Part shown: positions 9,402-19,500 of the stretch, piece after piece
Position numbering within the stretch: the first letter of the stretch is position 1
How the letters are laid out: each line of letters starts with the position of its first letter
IMG/VR virus record: IMGVR_UViG_3300027759_000005
Location: 1,843-65,842 of that record
Direction: 5' to 3' (one strand)
DNA: 64,000 bases
Origin: a virus
Lineage: Duplodnaviria > Caudoviricetes
Notes under the pieces: model-generated
Databases searched by the model: none
Seen by the model: only the letters and a program-made list of their open reading frames with translations
Told to the model about the DNA's origin: nothing
Translations under genes and position numbers: made by a program

Positions 9402-11123
9402 ATGCAAGTAAACACAACAGAGATTAATGGATTCTTAATTGATAAGTTTAATCAATATGGTTTAGAAGAAGGCAAAACTCAAGGCATATGTCCTTTGTGT
9501 TCTGCTGATAGAAAACCTAAGAATGAGAAAGCAAAATGTGCTTCTTATGATTGGGAACGTGGTCTTGGAACTTGCCATAATTGTAATAAATCTTTTCAGT
9601 TACATACATATCAAAGAAAAGGTGGAAATAACAAAGAATATATAAAACCACCAGTTAAAGAATATGTAGAAGAAATGCAACTAAGTGAACCTGTTATTAA
9701 ATGGTTTGCTACTCGTGGTATTTCTAAAGAAACTCTTTATGAATTACAGATTACAGAAGGTCAAGAGTTCATGCCACAAACTGGTAAACAAGAAAATGCT
9801 ATACACTTTAATTACTTTGTAGGCGATGAACTAGTTAACATTAAATACCGCGATGGTCATAAACATTTTAAACTATACAAAGGCGCTGAAAAAGTATTTT
9901 ACAATATAAACAACACTGTAGGTCACGATGATTGTGTAATAGTTGAAGGTGAAATGGATGTTTTGGCTTTACATGAAGCTGGTGTTACAAACGCTATTTC
10001 AGTTCCTAATGGCGCAACTTTAAATTCAAATAACTTAGATTATTTAGATAGTTGTATAGACTATTTAGACAATAAAACAAAGATAATAATTGCAGTAGAT
10101 TCTGATGCTCCTGGTCAAGCGTTACAAACTGAATTAGTTCGTAGATTAGGTTCAGAAGTATGTTATTTAGCGTCGTTTGAAGATTGTAAAGATGCAAATG
10201 AATATCTACTAAAATACGGTAAAGAAAAACTAGCTCAAAGAATATCTTTGGCTAGACCAGTACCGTTAGAAAATGTTAAGACATTTAAAGACATAGAAGA
10301 CGACGTTACAGACTTTGTTAAAAATGGTTTCAAACCTGGTTTCCAAGTTGGATTAGATAACTTTGATAGTATTTTTTCTACGTACACTGGTCAGTTCATT
10401 ACTGTTACAGGTATTCCTAGTTCTGGTAAATCTGATTTCGTAGATCAAATGGTTGTTGGTTATAATACTAACTATGGTTGGAAAGCAGCATTCGCATCTC
10501 CAGAGAATCAACCAACATACTTACATGCTCATAAGTTAATGCGTAAAACTTGGGGAGATATGCCATCGCCAGAAGATATAAATGGTGAAAAATGGAATCA
10601 AGTTGCAGGACATGTAAATGATAATTATTTCTTTATAGATATGGAACGTTATACATTAGAGTCTGTTCTTAGAAAAGGTGCTGAATTAGTTAAACGTAAA
10701 GGTATTAAATGTTTAGTTATAGATCCATTTAATAAAGTTAGAGCTCAAGACGCTTCTGGTGATGTTAATGTTTATACTTTAGAATATCTACAACAGATAG
10801 AGATATTTGCTAAAAAATATGACGTACTAGTTATAATTGTAGCGCATCCAACTAAAATGTATAAAGATTCTAAAGGTCAAATTGAAGAACCTACTATGTA
10901 CAATATTAAAGGTGGTGGTGAATGGTATGATGCTTCTTATCATGGTTTGTTAGTACATAGAAATTATGAAGAAAAAACAGTTAAATGTAAAGTACTTAAA
11001 GTGAAATTTCAAAACCTAGGTGAGAATGGTGCTGAAGCTCATTTTAAATGGGAACCACGATCTGGTTGCTTTATACCTCATGAACCAATAGATATATCTA
11101 ATGATAAAATGCCTTGGGAATAA
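9402..11123 (+). CDS. DNA primase-helicase (T7 gp4/Twinkle-like)
   Basis: Zn finger CPLC...CHNC, TOPRIM VEGEMD/DSD/KDANE, Walker A GIPSSGKS, VIDP, VAHP. Confidence 0.92.
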   Translation: MQVNTTEINGFLIDKFNQYGLEEGKTQGICPLCSADRKPKNEKAKCASYDWERGLGTCHNCNKSFQLHTYQRKGGNNKEYIKPPVKEYVEEMQLSEPVIKWFATRGISKETLYELQITEGQEFMPQTGKQENAIHFNYFVGDELVNIKYRDGHKHFKLYKGAEKVFYNINNTVGHDDCVIVEGEMDVLALHEAGVTNAISVPNGATLNSNNLDYLDSCIDYLDNKTKIIIAVDSDAPGQALQTELVRRLGSEVCYLASFEDCKDANEYLLKYGKEKLAQRISLARPVPLENVKTFKDIEDDVTDFVKNGFKPGFQVGLDNFDSIFSTYTGQFITVTGIPSSGKSDFVDQMVVGYNTNYGWKAAFASPENQPTYLHAHKLMRKTWGDMPSPEDINGEKWNQVAGHVNDNYFFIDMERYTLESVLRKGAELVKRKGIKCLVIDPFNKVRAQDASGDVNVYTLEYLQQIEIFAKKYDVLVIIVAHPTKMYKDSKGQIEEPTMYNIKGGGEWYDASYHGLLVHRNYEEKTVKCKVLKVKFQNLGENGAEAHFKWEPRSGCFIPHEPIDISNDKMPWE

Positions 11124-11368
11124 TGGGAAAGAAAAGTACTGTTGATATGGGTAATTATTTATATTCTGATAAAGAATTTCAAGCTTACAAATGGTGTGTA
11201 GATAATGGAATATATATAACTCCCAAACCAGAGTCAACAACTAAATGGAAATTAGAAATAACAATGAATAACAAATCAATTATTAGTCCAGATTCTTATC
11301 CTAAAGTAGAAATATGGAAACAAATGTATAAATATTATATTTACTATTATGACAAATATGCGAAGTAG
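11114..11368 (+). CDS. hypothetical protein (likely start 11123)
   Basis: ORF coupled to the primase stop. Confidence 0.6.
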   Translation: MGIMGKKSTVDMGNYLYSDKEFQAYKWCVDNGIYITPKPESTTKWKLEITMNNKSIISPDSYPKVEIWKQMYKYYIYYYDKYAK

Positions 11369-12002
11369 TTTTAAGAACGCAGATGAAGCTTATAAATATC
11401 TTTTAGATAAGTTGATATTAGAAGGTGTTGAATTTGACAATACAAAAGCTTTATTTAATATTGGTTTTGAAATAGAAAATCCATTAGATAATATAATAAC
11501 TGATCCTCAACGTAATTGGAATCCAATTTACGCTTTGCGAGAATGGAAATGGTATTTATCTGGAGATCCTAGTGCGGTTGAAATATCTAAGTTTGCTCCT
11601 ATATGGAAAAACATGATGGATGAGAACGGAGAAGTTAGATCTAATTACGGTTGGCAATGGAGTAGAAATGGTCAGTTAGGTAAAATAATAAGACTATTAA
11701 CTGAAAATCCAAAAACTAGAAAAGCCGCAATATCTATTTACGATGGAAAAGAAATTAAAACCTATGATAACGATACTCCATGTACTTATGCGGTTCAATT
11801 TACAATAGTTGATAATAAGTTAAACATGACTGTTTTAATGCGCTCTAATGACATCTGGTATGGTTTCTGTAACGATCAATTCTGTTTTTCAATGTTACAA
11901 AAAATGGTGTTTGATGAGTTAAAATTAATACATAAACATCTAGAAATTGGTAAATATTACCATTTTGCTCACAATTTGCATTTGTATAATGATAAACTAT
12001 AA
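11349..12002 (+). CDS. thymidylate synthase superfamily enzyme, dCMP hydroxymethylase/methylase-like
   Basis: Catalytic PC, MRSND..YGF.ND, H..HLY; Asp at the position of E. coli ThyA Asn177. Confidence 0.75.
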   Translation: MTNMRSSFKNADEAYKYLLDKLILEGVEFDNTKALFNIGFEIENPLDNIITDPQRNWNPIYALREWKWYLSGDPSAVEISKFAPIWKNMMDENGEVRSNYGWQWSRNGQLGKIIRLLTENPKTRKAAISIYDGKEIKTYDNDTPCTYAVQFTIVDNKLNMTVLMRSNDIWYGFCNDQFCFSMLQKMVFDELKLIHKHLEIGKYYHFAHNLHLYNDKL

Positions 12003-12006
12003 AAAA

Positions 12007-12819
12007 ATGAAGTATTATTTATATCACATTTTTGGTAAAAAGATTGGTGTTACATGTGATCTTAAAGATAGATTAACACGCCAACAAGGTTATGGCTGTG
12101 GAGAATATGAAGTTCTAGATTGTAGCGAAGATATAGATTATATATCTGCTAAAGAGTTAGAACTTCAACTTATCTATGGTTATAAGGTAGATAGACAATC
12201 TTATAAAGAATTAATAACTAAAAAACAAAAAAAGAAAAATTCTATGGTATTAAATGTAACAGAACAAACAACTACATTTCCATGTCCAGTAAACAAACTT
12301 AAAGGTAATTTAATGGATAACAAAGGTATGGTAATTGAAACCGCATTTGGTAAGTATGTTGTTAATGACGAGTTAATTGAGTGGATAACAAAAAATGCTA
12401 ACACTTCAATGTTCAATCCAGCAAGATCTTATATATATAATAAAGCATTGCATGAACAATTTAAAGACTATCATACAAGTCCAATTGAACCGGAAGTAGT
12501 TCCTAACGTGTATGATCTTATTAGACAGTGGGCAAATGAACGTGGTATATATAAGTCTGGTGATACTAAAACTCAGTTTGCTAAACTTCAAGAAGAAGCA
12601 GGTGAATTAGCTAGAGCAATACTTAAAAACAATCGTGAAGAGTTTATTGATGCTATTGGCGATATGATGGTTGTGTTAACTAATTTAGCAGCATTAGAAG
12701 GATTAAAAGTTGAAGATTGTGTTGTATCAGCTTATGACGTAATTAAGTCAAGACAAGGTCAGATGGTAAACGGTACATTTGTTAAAGAAGTTAATGATCA
12801 TATTAAAGCAACAATATAA
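12007..12819 (+). CDS. MazG-like NTP pyrophosphohydrolase with N-terminal GIY-YIG-like segment
   Basis: C-terminal KLQEEAGELA...DAIGD..VVL; N-terminal YYLYHI...KIGVT.DL..RL; ATG 12007 is the plausible start. Confidence 0.7.
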   Translation: MKYYLYHIFGKKIGVTCDLKDRLTRQQGYGCGEYEVLDCSEDIDYISAKELELQLIYGYKVDRQSYKELITKKQKKKNSMVLNVTEQTTTFPCPVNKLKGNLMDNKGMVIETAFGKYVVNDELIEWITKNANTSMFNPARSYIYNKALHEQFKDYHTSPIEPEVVPNVYDLIRQWANERGIYKSGDTKTQFAKLQEEAGELARAILKNNREEFIDAIGDMMVVLTNLAALEGLKVEDCVVSAYDVIKSRQGQMVNGTFVKEVNDHIKATI

Positions 12820-13248
12820 ATGGCTAAAAAGAAAATAGATTTTAGAGATCCTATTGTAGAAAGAGTTGTAGATAAATTTGTTTCTAGATCTGATGTTGGT
12901 TATGAAAAATACGGTAATACACTTCATGACGAACGAACTAAAAAAATGAAAGGTTTGTTTAAATACTTAAACGACGTTCAAGAAGAGTTAATGGATGCAA
13001 TATTATATATTCAAGCATGTAAAGAAGAAATCCAAGACTTAAGTGAAGAAGCTTTAATACAAGAGTTTAAAGAACCTGAAATTCCAGAACATAAAGGTCA
13101 TCATTATGCTTTCACAATAGATGAAGACAGAATGGATGTTATAGGTCAAAACGGTAATGACGGTTTGCATTATGAAGAAGATCAAGAAAAGTATTGGCAT
13201 GGTAATGCTACAATACAATATGACAAATTTACTTTTTCAATTAAATGA
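12820..13248 (+). CDS. conserved phage protein, possibly nucleotide pyrophosphatase-like
   Basis: RS.VG..KYG.TL...QEELMDAILY motif. Confidence 0.5.
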   Translation: MAKKKIDFRDPIVERVVDKFVSRSDVGYEKYGNTLHDERTKKMKGLFKYLNDVQEELMDAILYIQACKEEIQDLSEEALIQEFKEPEIPEHKGHHYAFTIDEDRMDVIGQNGNDGLHYEEDQEKYWHGNATIQYDKFTFSIK

Positions 13249-13691
13249 AAAGAATAACAAGAAAAAAAGGACCAGTTATTTCTAAAAAGGTGGTATATGA
13301 TGGTATCACCTTTGCTTCTGGTTTAGAAAAATATATGTATAAAGCTTTAAAAGAAGCTGGAATAGATTGTAGGTATGAAAGTGAGTCATTTGAACTATTA
13401 CCTTCTTTTACTTTTAAAAATGATTGCATAGAAAGACAATCAAATGGTAAAGGTGATTATATAAACAGAGGTAATAAAAAAGTTTTAAATTTAAAATACA
13501 CTCCTGATTTTATTGGTGAAGATTTTATAATAGAAACTAAAGGTAGAGCTAATGATTCATTTCCAATACGTTGGAAAATGTTTAAATACTTGATGACTTT
13601 AATGAATGACAAAAGAACATTATATAAACCTCAATCGCAAAAAGAGTGTGATATAACTATTGAATTAATATTAAAAAAAAGAAAAACATGA
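13245..13691 (+). CDS. T7 endonuclease I-like / PD-(D/E)XK resolvase
   Basis: FASGLE, YE, YTPDF, IIETKG. Confidence 0.8.
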   Translation: MKRITRKKGPVISKKVVYDGITFASGLEKYMYKALKEAGIDCRYESESFELLPSFTFKNDCIERQSNGKGDYINRGNKKVLNLKYTPDFIGEDFIIETKGRANDSFPIRWKMFKYLMTLMNDKRTLYKPQSQKECDITIELILKKRKT

Positions 13692-13831
13692 GTGAAGAAA
13701 AAGGTTGGGAATTGGGTATAGGTTTATATCCAGGTTTTTTATTTGGTTTTAGATTATATGAAGAACCAGAATTTAATACATATGTTCTTTATTTACCATT
13801 TATAAACATACTTTTAACATTAGATAATTAA
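13688..13831 (+). CDS. small hydrophobic protein (47 aa), not in the ORF track
   Basis: ATGA overlap with the endonuclease stop; ends just before the RNR start. Confidence 0.55.
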   Translation: MSEEKGWELGIGLYPGFLFGFRLYEEPEFNTYVLYLPFINILLTLDN

Positions 13832-13835
13832 ATAC

Positions 13836-15704
13836 ATGAGTTTAAGTTTAGATAAACAAATTTTAAGTGACATTACAGTTTATACCAAATACGCTAAATA
13901 CCTTCCTAATAAAGAGAGGCGTGAAACATGGGAAGAATTAGTAACTAGAAATATGGAGATGCATATCGCCAAATTTCCAAAAATGAAAGAATCAATTGAA
14001 CAAGTTTATAAGAATTTTGTTTTTAATAAAAAGGTTTTACCTTCAATGCGAAGCCTCCAGTTTGGTGGTAAAGCTATTGAGCTTAATAATGCTCGCATTT
14101 ATAACTGTGCTTTTTTACCTGTTGATAGTATTCACAGTTTTTCTGAGACTATGTTTTTATTGCTTGGAGGTACTGGTGTCGGTTATTCGGTACAACAACA
14201 TCAAATCGATAAACTTCCTGAAATCAGAAAACCAAATTACGATAGAAAGAAAAGATATGTAGTACAAGATAGTATTATTGGTTGGGCTGATGCTATTAAA
14301 ACTTTATTTAAGTCTTATACTGGAGGATTAACTTCTCATATTGAATTTGATTTATCAGATATAAGACCTAAAGGAGCATTATTAGTTACTGCTGGAGGAA
14401 AAGCTCCTGGTCCTGAACCATTAAGATTAGCATTAGTAAAAATAGAAGCGATACTACGTGAAAAAGAAGATAGATCAAAACTTACAGATATTGAGTGCCA
14501 TGACATACAATGCCATATTGCGGATGCAGTATTGGCTGGAGGTATTAGGCGTGCTGCCATGATTTCTTTATTTGATCTTGATAGTACTGAAATGTTAAAT
14601 TGTAAAGCTGGTAATTGGTGGGAGAATAATCCTCAAAGAGGTAGAGCTAATAATTCAGTTGTATTATTAAGACATAAGATTGATAAAAAGACTTTTGATA
14701 AAGTATGGGAAAGAATTGAAGCATCAGGATCTGGTGAACCTGGTATTTATTTAACAAATGATAAAGATTGGGGAACTAATCCTTGTTGTGAGATCGCCTT
14801 AAGACCTTATCAGTTTTGTAATCTTACTGAAATTAATATGAGTGATATTGAAAGTCAAGAAGATTTTAATGCGAGAGCATCTGCTGCTTCTTTTATAGGA
14901 ACATTGCAAGCATCGTATTCGGACTTTCATTACTTAAGAGATGTATGGACTAAAAACACAGAAAAAGATGCATTACTTGGAGTATCAATGACTGGTATTG
15001 CATCAGAGTCAAATTTAAAACTAAATTATGAAGAAGCTGCACAAGTGGTTAAAGATACAAATAATGTTATTTCTGCTGCATTGGGAATTAACAAAGCAGC
15101 GAGAACGACCGCTGTTAAACCAGCTGGGACTACTTCTCTGGTACTTGGTACTAGTAGTGGGATTCATGCTTGGCATAATGATTACTATATACGCAGGATG
15201 CGTCTTGGTAAGAACGAAGCTATTTATTCTTACTTAGCAATACATCATCCAGAATTGTTAGAAGATGAATATTTTAATCCAACATTGCAATCGGTTATTT
15301 CTGTTCCTCAGAAAGCTCCTATTGGCGCGATAACAAGACATGAGTCAACGTTAGATTTATTAGAAAGAGTTAAATTAATATCTAAGGACTGGGTTAAACA
15401 AGGTCACAATAAAGGTAATAATACTCATAATGTTTCATGCACTGTTTCTGTTCGCGATGATGAATGGAAAATCATAGGTGAATGGATGTGGGCAAACAAA
15501 GAATATTACAACGGTTTGTCTGTTCTACCTTATCATGGTGGAACATATAAGCAAACTCCATTTGAAGACTGTACTAAAGAAGTTTACGAAGAAATGATGT
15601 CTACTTTGAAAAATGTAGATTTATCAAGAATTGTAGAAATACAAGATAACACAAATTTTGGTGATTCAGCTGCTTGCGGTGGAGGTAATTGTGAAATAAC
15701 ATAG
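13836..15704 (+). CDS. nrdJ: ribonucleotide reductase, class II (B12-dependent, monomeric type)
   Basis: YNC, GTGVG, TNPCCEI, KPAGT, C-terminal ACGGGNCE; no beta-subunit gene nearby. Confidence 0.85.
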   Translation: MSLSLDKQILSDITVYTKYAKYLPNKERRETWEELVTRNMEMHIAKFPKMKESIEQVYKNFVFNKKVLPSMRSLQFGGKAIELNNARIYNCAFLPVDSIHSFSETMFLLLGGTGVGYSVQQHQIDKLPEIRKPNYDRKKRYVVQDSIIGWADAIKTLFKSYTGGLTSHIEFDLSDIRPKGALLVTAGGKAPGPEPLRLALVKIEAILREKEDRSKLTDIECHDIQCHIADAVLAGGIRRAAMISLFDLDSTEMLNCKAGNWWENNPQRGRANNSVVLLRHKIDKKTFDKVWERIEASGSGEPGIYLTNDKDWGTNPCCEIALRPYQFCNLTEINMSDIESQEDFNARASAASFIGTLQASYSDFHYLRDVWTKNTEKDALLGVSMTGIASESNLKLNYEEAAQVVKDTNNVISAALGINKAARTTAVKPAGTTSLVLGTSSGIHAWHNDYYIRRMRLGKNEAIYSYLAIHHPELLEDEYFNPTLQSVISVPQKAPIGAITRHESTLDLLERVKLISKDWVKQGHNKGNNTHNVSCTVSVRDDEWKIIGEWMWANKEYYNGLSVLPYHGGTYKQTPFEDCTKEVYEEMMSTLKNVDLSRIVEIQDNTNFGDSAACGGGNCEIT

Positions 15705-15706
15705 TT

Positions 15707-16270
15707 ATGATATATATTAAAGACGATTTCCTAAGTCAAGATTTAATAGATACATTAAATGATGACAAAAACGTTTTTCAGAAAGTTGATACACCCAGAA
15801 AATCTTTCTGGGTTAAACTTCCTTCTGATGATCTTTTAAATCTAATATGTGATAAAATATCTAATTTAGAGAATTGTTATATAAATCCAGTATTTGCTTT
15901 TATTAGAGAAGCTAAAGAAGGTCAAGATAATGATTGGAGAATTCATAACGATGCTATTATAGAAGGTCAACAACCTGACAGAGCCGCGGTATTATATATA
16001 TCAGAAGATAAACATGAAGGTTTAAATGGAACTGCTTTTTGGGAACATAAATTATATGGAGATAAATTTAAAGACATATCGCCTGAAAAATATAATAAAC
16101 TTTTAAATGAAGATGCGAATGATTTAGATAAATGGATTTTAAAATCTATAATAGGTCACAAACAAAATAGATTAATATCTTACCCATGTAATTACTTCCA
16201 CAGTAAATACCCAAATGAATTTGTAGATAGTAGAATTGTATTTGTAATATTTTATAAAATAGAAAAATGA
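15707..16270 (+). CDS. 2OG-Fe(II) oxygenase-like protein
   Basis: IHND (HxD), AVLY, GTAFW, NRL..Y...FHS, late Arg. Confidence 0.7.
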   Translation: MIYIKDDFLSQDLIDTLNDDKNVFQKVDTPRKSFWVKLPSDDLLNLICDKISNLENCYINPVFAFIREAKEGQDNDWRIHNDAIIEGQQPDRAAVLYISEDKHEGLNGTAFWEHKLYGDKFKDISPEKYNKLLNEDANDLDKWILKSIIGHKQNRLISYPCNYFHSKYPNEFVDSRIVFVIFYKIEK

Positions 16271-16476
16271 AAGAACAAAGTTTAATTGAAATGAAAAATA
16301 AAGTAGAAGCTTTAACAAGAGTTCTACAACATGTAATGAATGAACAGCAGCATTTAACTACTTTAGCAGCTGGTACATTAGAAACAATAAAGTTAATGCC
16401 TGGTTATGATGATGCTATCAAAGCGATGACCGATAAGGCTAAAGAAGAACTTGAAGCAAAAAAAGTAGAAGAATAG
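16267..16476 (+). CDS. hypothetical coiled-coil protein; last gene of the + arm
   Basis: ATGA overlap with upstream gene. Confidence 0.65.
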   Translation: MKEQSLIEMKNKVEALTRVLQHVMNEQQHLTTLAAGTLETIKLMPGYDDAIKAMTDKAKEELEAKKVEE

Positions 16477-16495
16477 AATATTAATTTAATGAAAT

Positions 16496-16533
16496 AAGAA
16501 AAGGGGATACACTTAATTGTGATCCCCTTTCTT
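16496..16533. terminator. bidirectional terminator between the converging arms
   Basis: AAGGGGAT...ATCCCCTT stem flanked by A-rich and T-rich runs. Confidence 0.75.
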
Positions 16534-16579
16534 TGTATAGGAACGTTGAGTATGGTGCTCATTTTATTGTGTTCCTGTT

Positions 16580-19500
16580 TTATGGCATTTTAAGTTCATT
16601 AGTTTTTAATTCACTTGTTTTAAGTTCTGGTATTTTTAAACTTCCAGAAGAACTCATTTCTACATTTTTGTTTTTACCTAATCCTAAATTCCATTCGTTA
16701 AAACCCATAAAGAAAGCTAATCTCTCCCATGCTTCAAAGTCTGAATTTAAAGCATTACTTAAATTTTGCGTTTTAACATACAATCTATCTACAGGTAAAT
16801 TAGTAGATGCTGATGTTAAAGAAGTTAGAGCTTCCAATGCATACACATTATCTGGACTAAAACCTTTATATAATATCTCATCTTTATTATATTCTACAGC
16901 TTTATAAGATTTAGCTAAAGCTCTAGCTTTGATACCTATAGATGGTGATAAATTAGCGGCTTCTAATAATACATCTCCCCATCCTTTTGGATCACCACTT
17001 TTTTCGTACCATTTAACTATAATATTCTTAACAGTAGCAAGAATAGCTCCTTGTAAACCAGAACCTCTAAGAAGTGTATCCATAGTTCCACTTAGAGCTC
17101 TAACTTTGGCAGAATCAAATCTAGCTTTTTTCTGTTCATCTTCATCATCCCAAAGTAAAGAGAATAAAGCATTTTGCATAAAGTTAAACATTATGTTTTG
17201 AACTGCTCCGTAATATAATATTTTAGCTATATTGTTTGGTACACTGCCTCTTCCTTTTATTAAATCAATTGCTGATCTTTTTATCAATCTAGAATACTGT
17301 AAAGGTGTATTTTGAAAAGCTAATATAAGTCTTCCTTTAACACTTGCTTGATTCATTGATATTTTAGAAACATCCGCAGACTGTTGAGAAGATTCAGAAA
17401 CTTGATAAAAATCTCGCATCGTAGCTTTTTTAGCTTCATCTTCTGTCATTCCAGATTTAAGGTACGTGTTTATTCTATTTCTATAAAAACCAGCGCCACC
17501 TAAAGCAATTGCAAAACTATCTGCTAATCTAGTTGGAGCATAACCTTGTTTTAATATCCAATAATTAACAGCTTTGAATTTATCTAGAATACTTTTATTT
17601 CTAGGATCATTCATTAATTGTGCTAATTCAGCTTCAGCAACATCATTCATTAAACCAGATCTTCTATCTCTAAGATAATCTGAATTCCATATAGTAAAAA
17701 AGTCTTTAGTGTACTGAGGTACATTTAATAACGCTGCTCCTGCTTTTAATATATTATTATCAGAAGTGTTTATAAAGTTAATAGCACCTAAAGTTTGAAG
17801 TAAAGCAGAACGCATATTAGCAAACATTGTTACTGCTGTTGCTCCGTTTAACCAATTTAATAAATTATCATTTGCTCCATCAACTCTATTACTACCAGTC
17901 TTCATTCTATCAAGAGTGTTTCTTAAAGCCGTAGCATATTTTCTACCATATACAGCTTCAATTTTACTCATGTTATCTTTAGAGAAAGCTTTTTCAACAT
18001 TTTTTGTCCAATGTTCTAAATATTTAGCTCTATTTGATTTTGATATAATATCGTTAATATCTCCAACTACAGAACCAAATCCCCAATTATGACCAGGTTT
18101 AGTCCAACCATTAGCTTGTTTAGAAAGTAAAGAAACGTCATCAGCAAATTTCCTTAATTTAGGATCTGTTCTTACTTTTTCAACTAAGTTAAATATATCT
18201 TTTTTATCTAAACCGGGTATTTCATAACCAGCTTTTTTCCATAAATAAACTCTAACTGCTTGATCATATAAATAACCACCGTAACCACAATCTTGTTTAA
18301 GTATTTTACTTACACCTTTATGTTTCTTGTTTATTAAATCTGTCCAATCCTTGTACATTGTTTGCCTTGCTTTCATCAGATTAAGCATTGCATCACTATA
18401 AGGTTTTAACAAAGTGTTTCTAAGAAACTCAAGTTGTTCTTCACCTCTAATGCCAGACGCTGAAGCAAGTGTGTATAGCAATCCTTCGAAGTCTTCGTCT
18501 TCAGGTGGTAGATAAATTTTATGTCTACCAACGTTTTTACCTAAATTTTTAGCAGTTTCAGGAGAGAACTTTTCTTCTGATTTTACACCTTTATTTTCTT
18601 CTATAATATCATTGATTGTTTTCTCAATATTATTATTCATTTCAACTATTTCTTGATATTTTTTAGATTTATAATCAAGAGCGTCTAATACCTGTTTTGT
18701 TAAAGGTCTATTAGCATTTTTCTTAACTGTAAACTCAAAGTCGTTATAACCTTCCGCTACCTTTTGAATTATAAAATAAGCAGTAGATTTGTCTGACATT
18801 TTAGATCTACTTGGTACTTTAAAAGTTACTTTAGTTCCATCGGCTATTTTAGCGTTTTTAATAGCATTATCAATGTCTCTTGCTACAACCCATTGTTCTG
18901 TGAATGGAAGACCTTCTAAGAAATTAGATAATTTACCATTTTCTTCTTCTGCTAAACTAAATTTTATAGGTTCCGCAGGTTTAGATTTTAATTTCTTTGT
19001 AGCAAACTCGCCAGTATTGTGATCTTCATACGTGTAATAAACTACTTCTGCTAATTTGAATACTTCGCTTTCTTTTATCGTATCTTCTACATCTTCATCA
19101 TATTCACCTCTATCTATTATATCTAATTTTTTTACTTTCTTTAAATAAGAAAACCAAAGATTGTCAAATCCAGTCATTTCCATATTTAAGTTTTCTAACT
19201 CTTTTAAACCTGTGACTTCTATGTTTCCTCCTGAAATAGATTCTATATTTTCAGTTGATAAAGTTTTTAACTTTGAAGGTAATTTAATTGCATTAGTTAC
19301 TACACCTGCAATAGAAACTGTATTTGCATTTTGCAGATTTGATAATACAATTTCTTCTGTTTCTTGGTCGTTAAAATATAATTCTAAATTTCTACCAGAA
19401 ATATCAACAGGTTCATAAAAAATATTAGTACCAGCTTCTGTGTCAACTGGATCACTATCATAGAAATCTAAAGAAATATTATAATCTATTTTTGATGGTA

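Noticed and set aside
11349-12002. Plain thyA annotation
   Set aside because: The specificity residue is Asp rather than Asn, so the gene symbol is withheld.
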